This document shows, piece after piece, positions 26,627 to 38,112 of a stretch of 64,000 bases of DNA. Both the position numbers and the translations under genes were made by a program. The first letter of the stretch is position 1, and every line of letters starts with the position of its first letter. Below the pieces are notes generated by a model, which was not told where the DNA came from, did no database searches, and saw nothing but the letters and a program-made list of their open reading frames with translations. Source of the DNA: Eledone cirrhosa (lineage: Eukaryota); NCBI GenBank assembly GCA_964016885.1, contig OZ024751.1, positions 496,001 to 560,000 of the forward strand. Direction: 5' to 3'.

Positions 26627-27024
26627 TACACATACAAACAAACTATTTCTTCTATTGCAGAATATACGAAGAAAATAATGTATATTTAAAAATGGAAACA
26701 TTGTAATCGTGCATACTGTCACTTTTTGTAATGAAAATGATGTAAAAAATTATGCCGCCTTTCTCCCATTTCACATCAAGTATATTTTCTAATTGATTTT
26801 AAATAAAATATATTTAAGAAAATACTTGGGGTCGGGGGTATTTTTTATTAACACCATTCAATACTAGATATATATAATGTATTATTTCATAAAGTAACAC
26901 ACTATCACACACACATTATATTAGAAACAATTATATACATAATGTATATCATGTGCCTTCTATATTTAACGATACTAGAGATTAAGTATTTTACTTAACA
27001 TCCTCAACGGTGGTTAGAAGTATT

Positions 27025-27056
<32 letters not shown>

Positions 27057-27683
27057 GTATATATACATATATATATATACATATATGTTTATATATATAT
27101 GCAGAGGTTATATTTAATTTGTTGGGATTCAACAAGCTTAACAAATTTTATAACTGGTATAAAGCACTCAACAGAGTTTAGTGGAGTAAATATATAATAT
27201 ATTATTAAATGGAACGCACCATAATTTACCTTGGTTGCTCTTGAAATATATATAATAAAATAATTATGGTTTTATAAATATGTTTCGATTTATTAATATA
27301 TTGTATATTTATATATATATGTTATATATATATATATATAACACATATATATAAATAACATATATATGTGTGTATGGAATATTATTTTTGTTATACACAT
27401 TACGAACGTATATATGTCACCTTTATATAATACACACGCACACAAACACACAGACCAGAGCCGAGTGAAAAAGAAGCGTGTCGCTGTGTAACTAGAGAGA
27501 AGGAGAAGGTTGTTGGTTGAGGGAGCACCTGTTATAAAACGTGCTCAATTAAGGGCAAGCTAGTACGATTAATATTCTTATAATTATTATTATTATTATT
27601 ATTCAGACCGGAACTATTGAATGTTTAGCAACATTTTCCAAAAAATGAGAGGAAATACTCCCGATTATATATATCTATATATA

Positions 27684-28264
27684 TCTATATATATAAAACT
27701 GAGGATGTCTGTGTGTGTGAGTTTGAATCCCTAAAACTAGACAAGCACCCAACCGACTGTTTTCAAACTTTACACATGTAATACTTATGTTTCAGAGAGT
27801 GTTCTGAGCAAAAGAAATTTCAAATTTTCAATGCCCTAGGGACCGCATTAGGCGATTTAGCGATCTCTCTCTATAATTCTTAGTCTTTCTCTTTTTAGAT
27901 AGATACATACATATAACGTCGCGCCTTTATAATATCTGTCTGTATGTCTGGGTGTCTGCATTACGTCACTTCCTACAATTCGCTCTGCGTCCAGAACGCG
28001 CCCTTATAATATGTCTGTAAGTCTGGCTGTCTGCTGCATTCGGTTATTCTGCCACCCTTGCTCAAGACAAATCTCACACTCATTCCCCAAACAGTTGGTG
28101 AGTGCACACTTCTTCCTCACGTTTTAAGCCACAGTGTTGCTTACTTACGTACCATCAGACCCTTACTTCTTTGCCAGCCGTGGTTGTGGCAATACTAAGC
28201 TTAGCTAAGGCAGTTATATATTTCACAATACCTTATCCTGTGCAACGCCGGGTACCACTGCTAG
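27684..28264 (+). mobile_element. Non-autonomous Helitron
   Basis: 5' A|TCTATATATATAAAACTG; 3' GC-rich hairpin CCTGTGCAACGCCGGG then CTAG|T. Confidence 0.75.
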
Positions 28265-28325
28265 TATATAATAATTAAGGTAAACACATATAATAATTAT
28301 TATAAATTATATTATATATATTATA

Positions 28326-28411
<86 letters not shown>

Positions 28412-28535
28412 GGAGGTGAGTTTTATTGTAGTACAATAAAGCAATGCAGATATCGGATAAGAAGCACTCTACAGTTTGTAGGACTGTAGTATACATAATA
28501 TATAAGAACAAAAGATGGTTAAAAGAGTTCCATGT

Positions 28536-28604
28536 ATTTTATTATGCGCATTTCAAAAACAAATGTCATCATGCAATAATATTTGTGTTTTCATCAGATA
28601 AAAC
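28536..28604 (-). ncRNA. Type-I hammerhead (left arm of palindrome)
   Basis: Minus: GTTTTAT-CTGATGA-aaacacaaat..atttgttttt-GAAA-TGCGCA-TA-ATAAAAT. Confidence 0.88.
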
Positions 28605-28670
28605 AGGAGGACATGATATGAAGGTTAAAAAATCCACAAGTGTTTTTTAACCTTCATATCATGTCCTCCT

Positions 28671-28739
28671 GTTTTATCTGATGAAAACACAAATATTATT
28701 GCATGATGGCATTTGTTTTTGAAATGCGCATAATAAAAT
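28671..28739 (+). ncRNA. Type-I hammerhead (right arm of palindrome)
   Basis: GTTTTAT-CTGATGA-aaacacaaat..atttgttttt-GAAA-TGCGCA-TA-ATAAAAT. Confidence 0.88.
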
Positions 28740-28770
28740 ACATGGAACTCTTTTAACCATCTTTTGTTCT

Positions 28771-28876
<106 letters not shown>

Positions 28877-28917
28877 TTTCGGATTATAATACCGTGAGAG
28901 CCCTGGTTTTCTGTTGA

Positions 28918-28998
28918 GCTCTGCTGATGAATGAAATCCAACCGTGACCATCTCCACTGAAAGTTTTCATGAAATAGTCTTTTAAGACTATACAGAGC
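28918..28998 (+). ncRNA. Type-I hammerhead with stable monomeric helix III
   Basis: GCTCTG-CTGATGA-ATGAAA..TTTCAT-GAAA-TAGTCTT tt AAGACTA-TA-CAGAGC; all three helices pair. Confidence 0.92.
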
Positions 28999-29248
28999 AT
29001 TTGATGTTATTCCAAATTGAAGGATAAGTGTTTTAAACTTTATTTTATCATGAGTTAAAGGTCTATTGATTTTTCCCTGGATTGCACTAAATTCTGTGGA
29101 TGAATTTGTATCCTGATTCTCTTTTGAGATGAGTTTGAATTATTTTTCCTAAATCTTACGTTAACTACTTTTCCCATCTTGACGTTATAGTCGCATATAT
29201 GTTATAGAATGCTGTTAGCTTCTCGCTAAAACAATCTCTATACCTCTC

Positions 29249-29324
<76 letters not shown>

Positions 29325-29332
29325 TCATCATC

Positions 29333-29384
<52 letters not shown>

Positions 29385-29900
29385 CCACCATCATCATCGT
29401 TTAACGTCTATCTTTCACGGTAGCATGGGTTCGACGGGAATTGTCCCACTTGAGGCAAGATTGATCGGGTGACCGCGTCTCGCTCGTATAGGACAGGTTT
29501 TCTACGGCTGGATTCCCTTAACACCAACCACATTTACAGCGTGGACTGGGATCTTTTTACCATGTCTCCTACACGACGATATATATATAGTGTGTTACCT
29601 TTTCAACATATTGTATTTTAAAGAGCTCAGGATTCCTTCTCCTTTGAGAACATTATTGACAGGGAATAGCAAGAGTCTATGGCTCCGTTAATCTATCGTG
29701 ATATTTCGCTCCTTAAAACAGTCTTTCCTCTCTCTCTGTTTGGTTGAGCACACTTCTCTGAGTGGTTTTGGGCTGCCCTTTCTAGCAGCTCGTCCCTCAG
29801 ACACCACTGGTTCATTGCCCTAAACACGCCGTGACTCTCCCACGTGTAGCTGGACCGTCGCTTTAAATTCTGTTAGAGTTGTCTGAAATGTATGGCCTTA

Positions 29901-29981
29901 CATACGCTGATGAACCATGGGTTATTTAATTTCTGTCAACAACTTATTGGCGAAACAGATATCTTTGGATTTGTACGTGTG
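29901..29981 (+). ncRNA. Type-I hammerhead
   Basis: CATACG-CTGATGA-aCCA..TGGc-GAAA-CAGAT..ATTTG-TA-CGTGTG; lies in a unit bounded by direct repeats 29588-29705 / 30121-30235. Confidence 0.75.
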
Positions 29982-30231
29982 TGTTATATAGTTATAGAGG
30001 TACGTATTTACACTTTAATTTATATTTTTAATTATCGTGTGTCTACCCTGCCTTTCAAAGGTTATAGATTCCATACACTGGTGGTTTTCCCTGTTCTATT
30101 GATGGCGCACTATCTCTCTCTAGTGTGTTACCTTTTCAACATATTGTATTTTAAAGAGCTCAGGATTCCTTCTCCTTTGAGCACATTATTAACAGGGAAT
30201 AGCGAGAATCTATGGTTCCGTTAATTTATCG

Positions 30232-30273
<42 letters not shown>

Positions 30274-30368
30274 GTAGAACACTGGAAGGTAATATCCGTA
30301 GTGGTAGAGCACTCAGTCCATGGGACGAGTTAGGTAGAAGTGGTTACACAACAGTTAGTTTACTATAC

Positions 30369-30406
30369 CGAGAACAATTGTTTCACCTTAGCGGATCCTC
30401 AGCTCG
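30369..30406 (-). ncRNA. Minimal type-I hammerhead
   Basis: Minus: CGAG-CTGAGGA-tccgctaaggt-GAAA-CAATTG-TT-CTCG. Confidence 0.75.
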
Positions 30407-30468
30407 TAATGGACATGGTTATACTGAACAGGAAGGACAACCGTACGAACGCGCATGCGCAGAAATCA

Positions 30469-30875
30469 GTCACTTTACACAGGCAATTCTAAAATGGGTG
30501 CGAGAGGTGTAAGGGAGATAACTGCGAAAGTCCGAAAAGTTTCTAGTTGAAAAGAAAATGATGATGTTGTTGTAATTCAATCCGGAGCTTTGTAGTTATG
30601 CAAGAGGTGTTTCGAGACGTGTGGACAACGTGTGAAGAATTCATTTCTCGTGTTTAAATATTCTAAAGAGATTATGCAACAGTGATTGCCTAAACACGAG
30701 AAATGAATTCTTCACACGTTGTCCACACGTCTCGAAACACCTTGCATAACTACAAAGCTCCGGATTGAATTACAACCACGTCATAATTTTCTTTTCAACT
30801 AGAAACTTTTCGGACTTTCGCAGTTATCTCCCTTACACCTCTCGCACGCATTTTAGAATTGCCTGTGTAAAGTGA
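30469..30875. repeat. ~185-bp-arm inverted duplication of a Naiad-type PLE 3' end
   Basis: Arms 30469-30656 and 30691-30875; arm translates LNTRNEFFTRCPH (Naiad C-terminal motif). Confidence 0.85.
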
Positions 30876-31443
30876 CACACTATTAAATTATCTTATTCTA
30901 CAACTATAAATATGGCCCAAAACATTGCTAAAATAAACAGTAAAATTCTAAAGCAGAATCAGCATAATGATTTTAATAATAGTGTTAACATAAATATTAA
31001 TAAATCAAAATGTAATTGTAGAAATAAACCAGATTGCCCTCTGCAAAATAATTGTTTGGACAGTAATTTGGTGTATAAATGCACCGTAAAAACTGATTAC
31101 AACACATACGATCGACTTCTTCTACATTTAAGGCTAGATTTGCGAATCATAAATGCTCATTTTCGAATTCTAATAGGAAATCTTCGACTTCTTTATCACA
31201 GCTTATATGGTAATTAAAAGACAAAAAGTTAAAATTCTCCATCTTTGGACGAAACTTTGTAATAGTGGAGTTTACCGCAACTCAAGTATATCAAGTAACT
31301 GCGCTCTTTGTACAATGGAGACCCTTTTGATTATTAATAATTATGAAAACTTAATTAACAAAAAAAGTGAATTATTCTCAAACTGCCTTCATAAAGCCTT
31401 GTCTACATTCCAAGCCTCGCATGAGCTCAGGAAAAAACAGTAA
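30876..31443 (+). pseudogene. Naiad-type PLE endonuclease fragment
   Basis: HTIKLSYSTT.NMAQNI...CNCRNKPDCPLQNNCL..NLVYKC; CALCTME...LINKKSELFSNCLH; frameshifted. Confidence 0.85.
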
Positions 31444-31981
31444 GCAACCAAGCCTGGTTTTTAGACGTACATCATCAACTGCTGAAAATATAAATCTTAA
31501 TGGCTTATAAAACTTTAATATTGCTTTATCTTCTAATCATCTATAAAGGAAATAACGTTTGAATGAATGACAATTGTTTAATAACATGCTGGCACGTTGA
31601 TATACATAACCTATGGCTTTTTGGATATTATTAACTTTGATCCAGACCTTTATTTCTCTATTTAAAACAGAGATAGAAAAATAAAGATATAGTTTAAATA
31701 TCTAACCTGTAAATTTTTACGGACCTTATTTTGAACTGTGGATCATTCATGCGTTTACATTTTTTATATATATGTATGTATTTTATAGTTATGCATGTAT
31801 GAATCTATTATCTAAGATTATAATCGTTATCCTTTACCAAAAGTATACCGTCTCATTAATACTTAGTAGATCTCTCTATATGTAGTTTGTGCAAATATGT
31901 TTATATTGTATAATAACATAATCATAATTATAGTTAGGTATATCTCTGTATATAGTTTTGTGCAAATATGTTTATAATGTA

Positions 31982-32760
31982 CTAGCAGTAAAGCCCGGCG
32001 TTGCTCGGGGTCGCTCAGTAGCTGTGTTAAAGTTACAATGTTAAGTTTCTTTTTTGGCTTAAAGACTGTAGTGTCTACTGTGCAGACTTGCATGTGGTGT
32101 TTTTGATTAATATTCCCTCAACCAACAATATGCCTTATGAAGTTAAGAAAACATAACGATAACCCGAATGTTATAACAAAAGAGGATGCTGGGGATAAAA
32201 ACTGCACTGGTTATTTATTAACAAAGATCGAAAATGTAAACACTGCAACGCAGAGAAAAACATTAGCGTAACCAAATTATCAGTTATGTCTGTCTGCACG
32301 CCTATATCACCTCTCTGCACGACTGTCTGTCTGCACGCCTAACGACGAAATATTTGCTTGTTTTACGTAGTCTTTAAATAGACTTGTTTTCAAGTAAAAA
32401 TATTGTTTTAAAATGCTTTTAAATGGAAATGAAGCAAAACGGAAGCTTAGTGTTCGAATGTTCGTGTATTGTGTTAATGTCATTTTAAACGCTGAGAAAG
32501 CCAGCGTAATTTTTTACGTAAGACGCTCAATGTAAACAGAACAAAGGGAAATAACTGATAACTTACGCTCAAAAATCGATACATTATATTCGATTTCGTC
32601 ACATAGGGTGGGTCAATTTGAAATTTTTTTTTCCGATGTCTTCGCTAGGGCTCAATGTACAAGTATAGCAATTTCGGTGCAATTCCGTGAGAGATTCTAA
32701 GAGGAGATGTGTGCCAAAAATCGATAGACAGACAGACAACCACAGTTTTATATATATAGA
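31982..32760 (-). mobile_element. Non-autonomous Helitron
   Basis: Minus: A|TCTATATATATAAAACTG ... CCCGAGCAACGCCGGG...CTAG|T; inserted at an AT dinucleotide inside a ~70-bp tandem unit, no TSD. Confidence 0.85.
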
Positions 32761-33664
32761 TAATAACATAATCATAATTATTGTTCGGTATAGCGCTATT
32801 ATAGATTGTGCAAATATATGTATATTGAATAATAACATAATCATAATTTAGAGTTCGTTCTTCCCTTGAAGGTAGAACTAATATAATGATTTAATATAAT
32901 ATATTAAAAAAAAAAAATTTATAGTCCTCTTATTATGATCAATGAACACATATATATATATAGCTGAAAACTCTGCGTTAATTATTATACTTTAGACACT
33001 ATAACTATTTAACAATAAATTCCTTGATATTTATAACAGTAAGTACTTCATAAATTATACATACCGAAAATGTTGACACTGTTACAAGTAGTTTTGTTAA
33101 AGATTACCTTTGTGTGAATATTGAACAGTATATATTTTTCTTTCGCGGGCATAGTAAATCCTTTAAATTTGTTTTCATAAAACTTCGAATTTTAGAAATC
33201 TAACACATAAAATTTATAAAATTAATACAAATAACCATCAACTTTTAAAACCTAAAATGTTGATTCTTCACCCTAAAATAACATAAATTAAATATTTTGA
33301 AATTTAACCGCCAAGGCTATACATGTTTATATGTGTCCGATGAAAATTTGTGCATAAAATACTCTCCTTTATCTCTCCCTCTCTTTAATTATCTATCAGT
33401 TGCTTTCTCAAGCAAAAAACTTAAAAAATTATAACTCCAGATATGTCTTCCTCTATAATCCTACTGTAGTATCCCAGATTTTAAAAACTCTATAACTGTT
33501 ACATTAAATCAATTTTTTCTTACTCATACCTTCTCTATTGATTCTATTACGTTTTCGCATGTTCTCATTATTAGGGTATAAATATTGAGTTTTCTCATAA
33601 GTTAATCACTACCTTGATTAAATCTTAACCATCTAACATGTCAGGGTATGTCATGTATCATTTT

Positions 33665-33730
33665 ATTTTATCTGATGAGGACGTACTGTTGAACCTGACT
33701 CAAGTACCTCTGAAATATGTATAATAAAAT
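33665..33730 (+). ncRNA. Type-I hammerhead
   Basis: ATTTTAT-CTGATGA-ggacgtact..agtacctct-GAAA-TATGTA-TA-ATAAAAT. Confidence 0.75.
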
Positions 33731-33872
33731 TTAATTAATCACAAGAACATCTATTTTGTTAATATTTGAATTTAATATTAATAACTCTGGAAAATATTTT
33801 ACTGTAGAGTGCTTCCAATCTACTGTAAAACTCATTCTTTGATGTACTCATTGAATCTTGTTTAACTCTTTA

Positions 33873-33917
<45 letters not shown>

Positions 33918-33923
33918 AAGTGA

Positions 33924-34025
33924 GTCCTTCATCAGTGACCCTCCAACCGTCCTCGGCATTTCATCGCTTTAAGGGCCATATGCCTCAGGTTGGTGCGAAC
34001 AACGGCTAAAAAAAGTCGTTGGGAC
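33924..34025 (-). ncRNA. Putative non-circularly permuted hammerhead, family A copy 1
   Basis: Reverse complement of the motif at 35188-35289. Confidence 0.72.
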
Positions 34026-34536
34026 ACGTAAATAAAGGGGGACGCTAGAGTAACAACAAAAGGGTTATAGCAACGGAAAGTGAGTAGAAATAGACAAGTC
34101 CCAGATCTCTATGAATATAAACTCTGTGAAATCGTGAACAAGAGACGAAAGACCATCGAACCTGGTAGAAATGTGAGCAAGGAAAGAATTTCGCCCAAGT
34201 TCGACGGGGGGGGGGGGGGAAGAGAGAGAGAGAGAGAAAAAGAAAACTGGTCTACGAATTCGGTAAACGCAAGTTTTGTGAAGTCGCAGACGAAAGAGAG
34301 AGAGAAAAAAAAAATTCCATACCAGCTCGGTCAAGACTGCGCGAGAAAAGAATTACACACAGGTCAAACTTGAAGGAGGAGGAGGAAAGAGGAGGAGCAG
34401 GTTCGATGGTCTTTCGTCTCTTGTTCACGATTTCACAGAGTTTATATTCATAGAGATCTGGGACTTGTCTATTTCTACTCACTTTCCGTTGCTATAACCC
34501 CTTTGTTGTTACTCTAGCGTCCCCCTTTATTTACGT

Positions 34537-34638
34537 GTCCCAACGACTTTTTTTAGCCGTTGTTCGCACCAACCTGAGGCATATGTCCCTTAAAGCGATG
34601 AAATGCCGAGGACGGTTGGAGGGTCACTGATGAAGGAC
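34537..34638 (+). ncRNA. Putative non-circularly permuted hammerhead, family A copy 2
   Basis: As 35188-35289 with one helix I change (TGTCCCT). Confidence 0.7.
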
Positions 34639-35187
34639 TCACTTTTTCATATGTATCCCATTTGCAACGCCGCAGCTCCATTATTATCATCATATTTACA
34701 CATATTACTTTCCATGCTGCCTGTCTGTTTCGTTCCTTGTATCTCTACCACTTCTAGCAGTCTCCTCTCTGTTACCCTCTCCTCAACTTTCACTCACTCA
34801 TTCTCTGTCACTACCTCTCCTCCTCCTCTTTCCTCCTCCTCCTTCAAGTTTGACCTGTGTGTAATTCTTTTCTCGCGCAGTCTTGACCGAGCTGGTATGG
34901 AATTTTTTTTTCTCTCTCTCTTTCGTCTGCGACTTCACAAAACTTGCGTTTACCGAATTCGTAGATCAGTTTTCTTTTTCTCTCTCTCTCTCTTCCCCCC
35001 CCCCCCCGTCGAACTTGGGCGAAATTCTTTCCTTGCTCACATTTCTACCAGGTTCGATGGTCTTTCGTCTCTTGTTCACGATTTCACAGAGTTTATATTC
35101 ATAGAGATCTGGGACTTGTCTATTTCTACTCACTTTCCGTTGCTATAACCCTTTTGTTGTTACTCTAGCGTCCCCCTTTATTTACGT

Positions 35188-35289
35188 GTCCCAACGACTT
35201 TTTTTAGCCGTTGTTCGCACCAACCTGAGGCATATGGCCCTTAAAGCGATGAAATGCCGAGGACGGTTGGAGGGTCACTGATGAAGGAC
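35188..35289 (+). ncRNA. Putative non-circularly permuted hammerhead with kink-turn, family A copy 3
   Basis: GTCC-CAACGACT..AGCCGTTG-T-TCGCA-CCAACC-TGA-GGCA-TA-TGGCCCT-TAA-AGCGA-T-GAAA-TGCC-GAG-GAC-GGTTGG-AGGGTCA-CTGATGA-A-GGAC; covaries with family B. Confidence 0.75.
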
Positions 35290-35338
35290 TCACTTTTTCA
35301 TATGTATCCCATTTGCAACGCCGCAGCTCCATTATTAT

Positions 35339-35411
<73 letters not shown>

Positions 35412-35479
35412 CACAGATATATATATATAGATATAGATATATTTGTTTTGCGAGGTTTTTTATATGAAATCGTGTGTCG

Positions 35480-36170
35480 AAACAAATATTGTTATACTTG
35501 GGGAGGGTCATATTGTTATAATAATATTGCCAGAATTAATAACAGAACACACTCACTGTTTGGTTGGTTTTCGCTTCTGTATCTTTTATATCAGTTAATT
35601 TATTCGGTCCTCAACGTTTACTATTGACTGACCAACGGTCAAAAATACAGATATAATATAGACACGAACACATATATATAGTCTAACAAAGTTCTTTCGT
35701 TGCACATCTGCAACATCGTCAGTGGTGCTATTATGTTTCCTCATGTTGTATTGTATGTCGACGTTATCTTTATTTAATCTGTTTATTTATTTATGTTTTA
35801 CTTCTTCTCTATTATCATATTTCCCCTGCTGTATTGTATGTATTGTAATGTCTACGCCATTTTTATTTTATCTATTTATTTATTTATTTATTTTTGTCTC
35901 CGTCTCTGCGCATGCGTTTGCGTGTGAGTATAGTGTTTGATGTGTGTTCGCGTTTGGGTGACTCTGTTTTGGTTATTGTATTCTATCTTAGTTTACTAGT
36001 GTATGTTTATATGTGTTTGTTGTTATTGTACTTGTGTATATATTTATTTATTTATTTATATTTCTCTTAGGTCAGTATTGTTTGTTTGGGTGTTGTTATT
36101 CCATTCATTTTTTTCTGTTTAGCTTTGGTCTTCTAAATTCTATTTCACTGGCATCTCTGATTTGCCTATC
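35480..36170 (-). mobile_element. Neptune-type PLE 3' end (endonuclease C-terminus + 3' UTR)
   Basis: Reverse-complement paralog of 41545-42140; RQIRDASEIEFRRPKLNRKNEW. Confidence 0.75.
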
Positions 36171-36680
36171 GCTGCTTTCACCCTTAACGGGATCTTCTGA
36201 AACTAAAAAAAAATCGATTTGTGAACGCAGAAGTAAATATTTCGAAAAACGTTGCAACCGAAGGAAAACAGGAAGACGATACTTTGGTTCGTGAAGACGT
36301 TCCCTGGCAATGAACAGAAAGAAAGCGAAGATAATACGTCATTATGTGGAGCGGTGAGAACAATTACACGCAAAGACATAACCACGTTTATGGTATAAAT
36401 GAAGTCATAGACTAAAATTCTATTTAGGAAACCGAATGATTCTCGGCTTCAAAGTTAAGAATAGCGTTGCAACGTTTTTCGAAATATTTACTTCTGCGTT
36501 CACAGATTGATTTTTCTTATTTTCAGAAGATCCCGTTAAGGGTGAAAGCAGCGATTCTTTGCTTAAACTTTAATCTGTTATTTTAATAAAAATTTGCTTT
36601 AGGGTTCTTATATATTTGATATATATTTATCCTTATCGAGCCCTCTTTGGATTTTAGTCTTCAAATTTATTATTATTACT
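36168..36680. mobile_element. Short repeat family with inverted ends carrying an HHR-like motif with CAGAAGA core
   Basis: TTT-CAGAAGA-tcccgttaagggt-GAAA-GCA..TGC-TT-AAACT at 36521-36569; copies at 15481-15690, 37104-37200 and 46807-47102. Confidence 0.65.
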
Positions 36681-36704
36681 ATATATATATATATATATAG
36701 GCGT

Positions 36705-36921
36705 GTGAAGGCGTGTGGCTGAGTGGTTAGAGTATTGGATTCACAATCGTGAGGTTGTGAGTTCGATTCCTGAACCAGGCGATGCGTTATGTCCTTGAGC
36801 AAGACACTTTATTTCACGTTGCTCCTTCTACCTGGAGTTGCGACCGATAGATAGTATTAGCAATTGGAAAGACCAACGGAAACATAGTTTCCTCGGTCCG
36901 ATTTGACGAAAGTCGATCGAC
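36705..36921 (+). mobile_element. tRNA-derived SINE with CORE-like segment
   Basis: Paralog of 7707-7919. Confidence 0.8.
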
Positions 36922-36924
36922 TAG

Positions 36925-36985
<61 letters not shown>

Positions 36986-36986
36986 T

Positions 36987-37110
<124 letters not shown>

Positions 37111-37737
37111 TAACAGATTAAAGTTTAAACAAAGAATCGCTGCTTTCACCCTTAACGGGATCTGATCTTCTGAAACTAACAAAGTCAATCTGTGAACGCA
37201 GATATGTATATATATACACATGTGTATATGTACTTAGCACGTGGCTTGAATTCTTGTCAGAGTTCAACAACCTGCGCATGCATTGTTTTTGGCGGTAGCC
37301 TCCTTCCTCCCATTTTCGGGACAGTGTGAGATTTTCTTTAGAACTGCTGGACTAACAACCTAGCAGCTCCCTCAAACACTGATGGTGATTATCGCTAAAT
37401 ATTGATGTTGATTTGGTTATCAATATTAATATTATTGGGTTACCCACTGAAGATTTATAAGATCCCACTTGAATAAGTATCTGTTGATCTTATACAAGCT
37501 TCTACATAACTTGGTATATTTTCACCCAACTTGTAGAAATCTTATAATGAAACGAGTCGTCTGGGAAATGATATATTTGATATATCTCATAAAATAATAC
37601 AGCCAATTATCCACACAATACGATATAGTTAGCACCCCAAACGTTTAATTGGGAATATACTCAGGTATTTCCTAATGTTTGTTGAGTGAGTTGGAATTTG
37701 GCCGGAGTATCGCTATTTGCTTTCTCCGATTTTGTAT

Positions 37738-37831
<94 letters not shown>

Positions 37832-37843
37832 ACAACACACACA

Positions 37844-37918
<75 letters not shown>

Positions 37919-38048
37919 GGAAAGTTATATTTAAATTGTTGGGTTACAACTAGTAAATATTTATAACTGATATAAAAGCACTCGACAAATATTTGGAGTA
38001 TATTTACAATATTAAATAAATGGAAACTATATTTATAAAACCATATTT

Positions 38049-38112
38049 ATTTCATTATATATATTTCAGGGATATCATATTAACAATATGCTATGCCTTC
38101 CTCAGACAAAAT
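38049..38112 (-). ncRNA. Type-I hammerhead in Naiad pseudo-LTR
   Basis: Minus: ATTTTGT-CTGAGGA-aggcatagcatatt..atatgatatccct-GAAA-TATATA-TA-ATGAAAT. Confidence 0.85.

Larger units (their letters stand above)
33914..35342 (+). mobile_element. ORF-less PLE-like/retrozyme-like element, family A (651-nt unit; inverted plus tandem copies)
   Basis: Inverted copy 33914-34398, then sense unit 34399-35049 with its first ~290 nt repeated at 35050-35342; bounded by (TA)n on both sides. Confidence 0.8.

Noticed and set aside
34603-35148. 181-aa ORF in family A unit
   Set aside because: Low-complexity Ser/Phe/Leu from pyrimidine tracts, variable homopolymer lengths between copies, and no counterpart in family B
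35220-35270. SECIS element (UGA...AAA...GA hairpin)
   Set aside because: The bulge is on the 3' strand, so K-turn polarity is opposite to SECIS; there is no upstream ORF, and the apical region covaries with distal hammerhead strands instead
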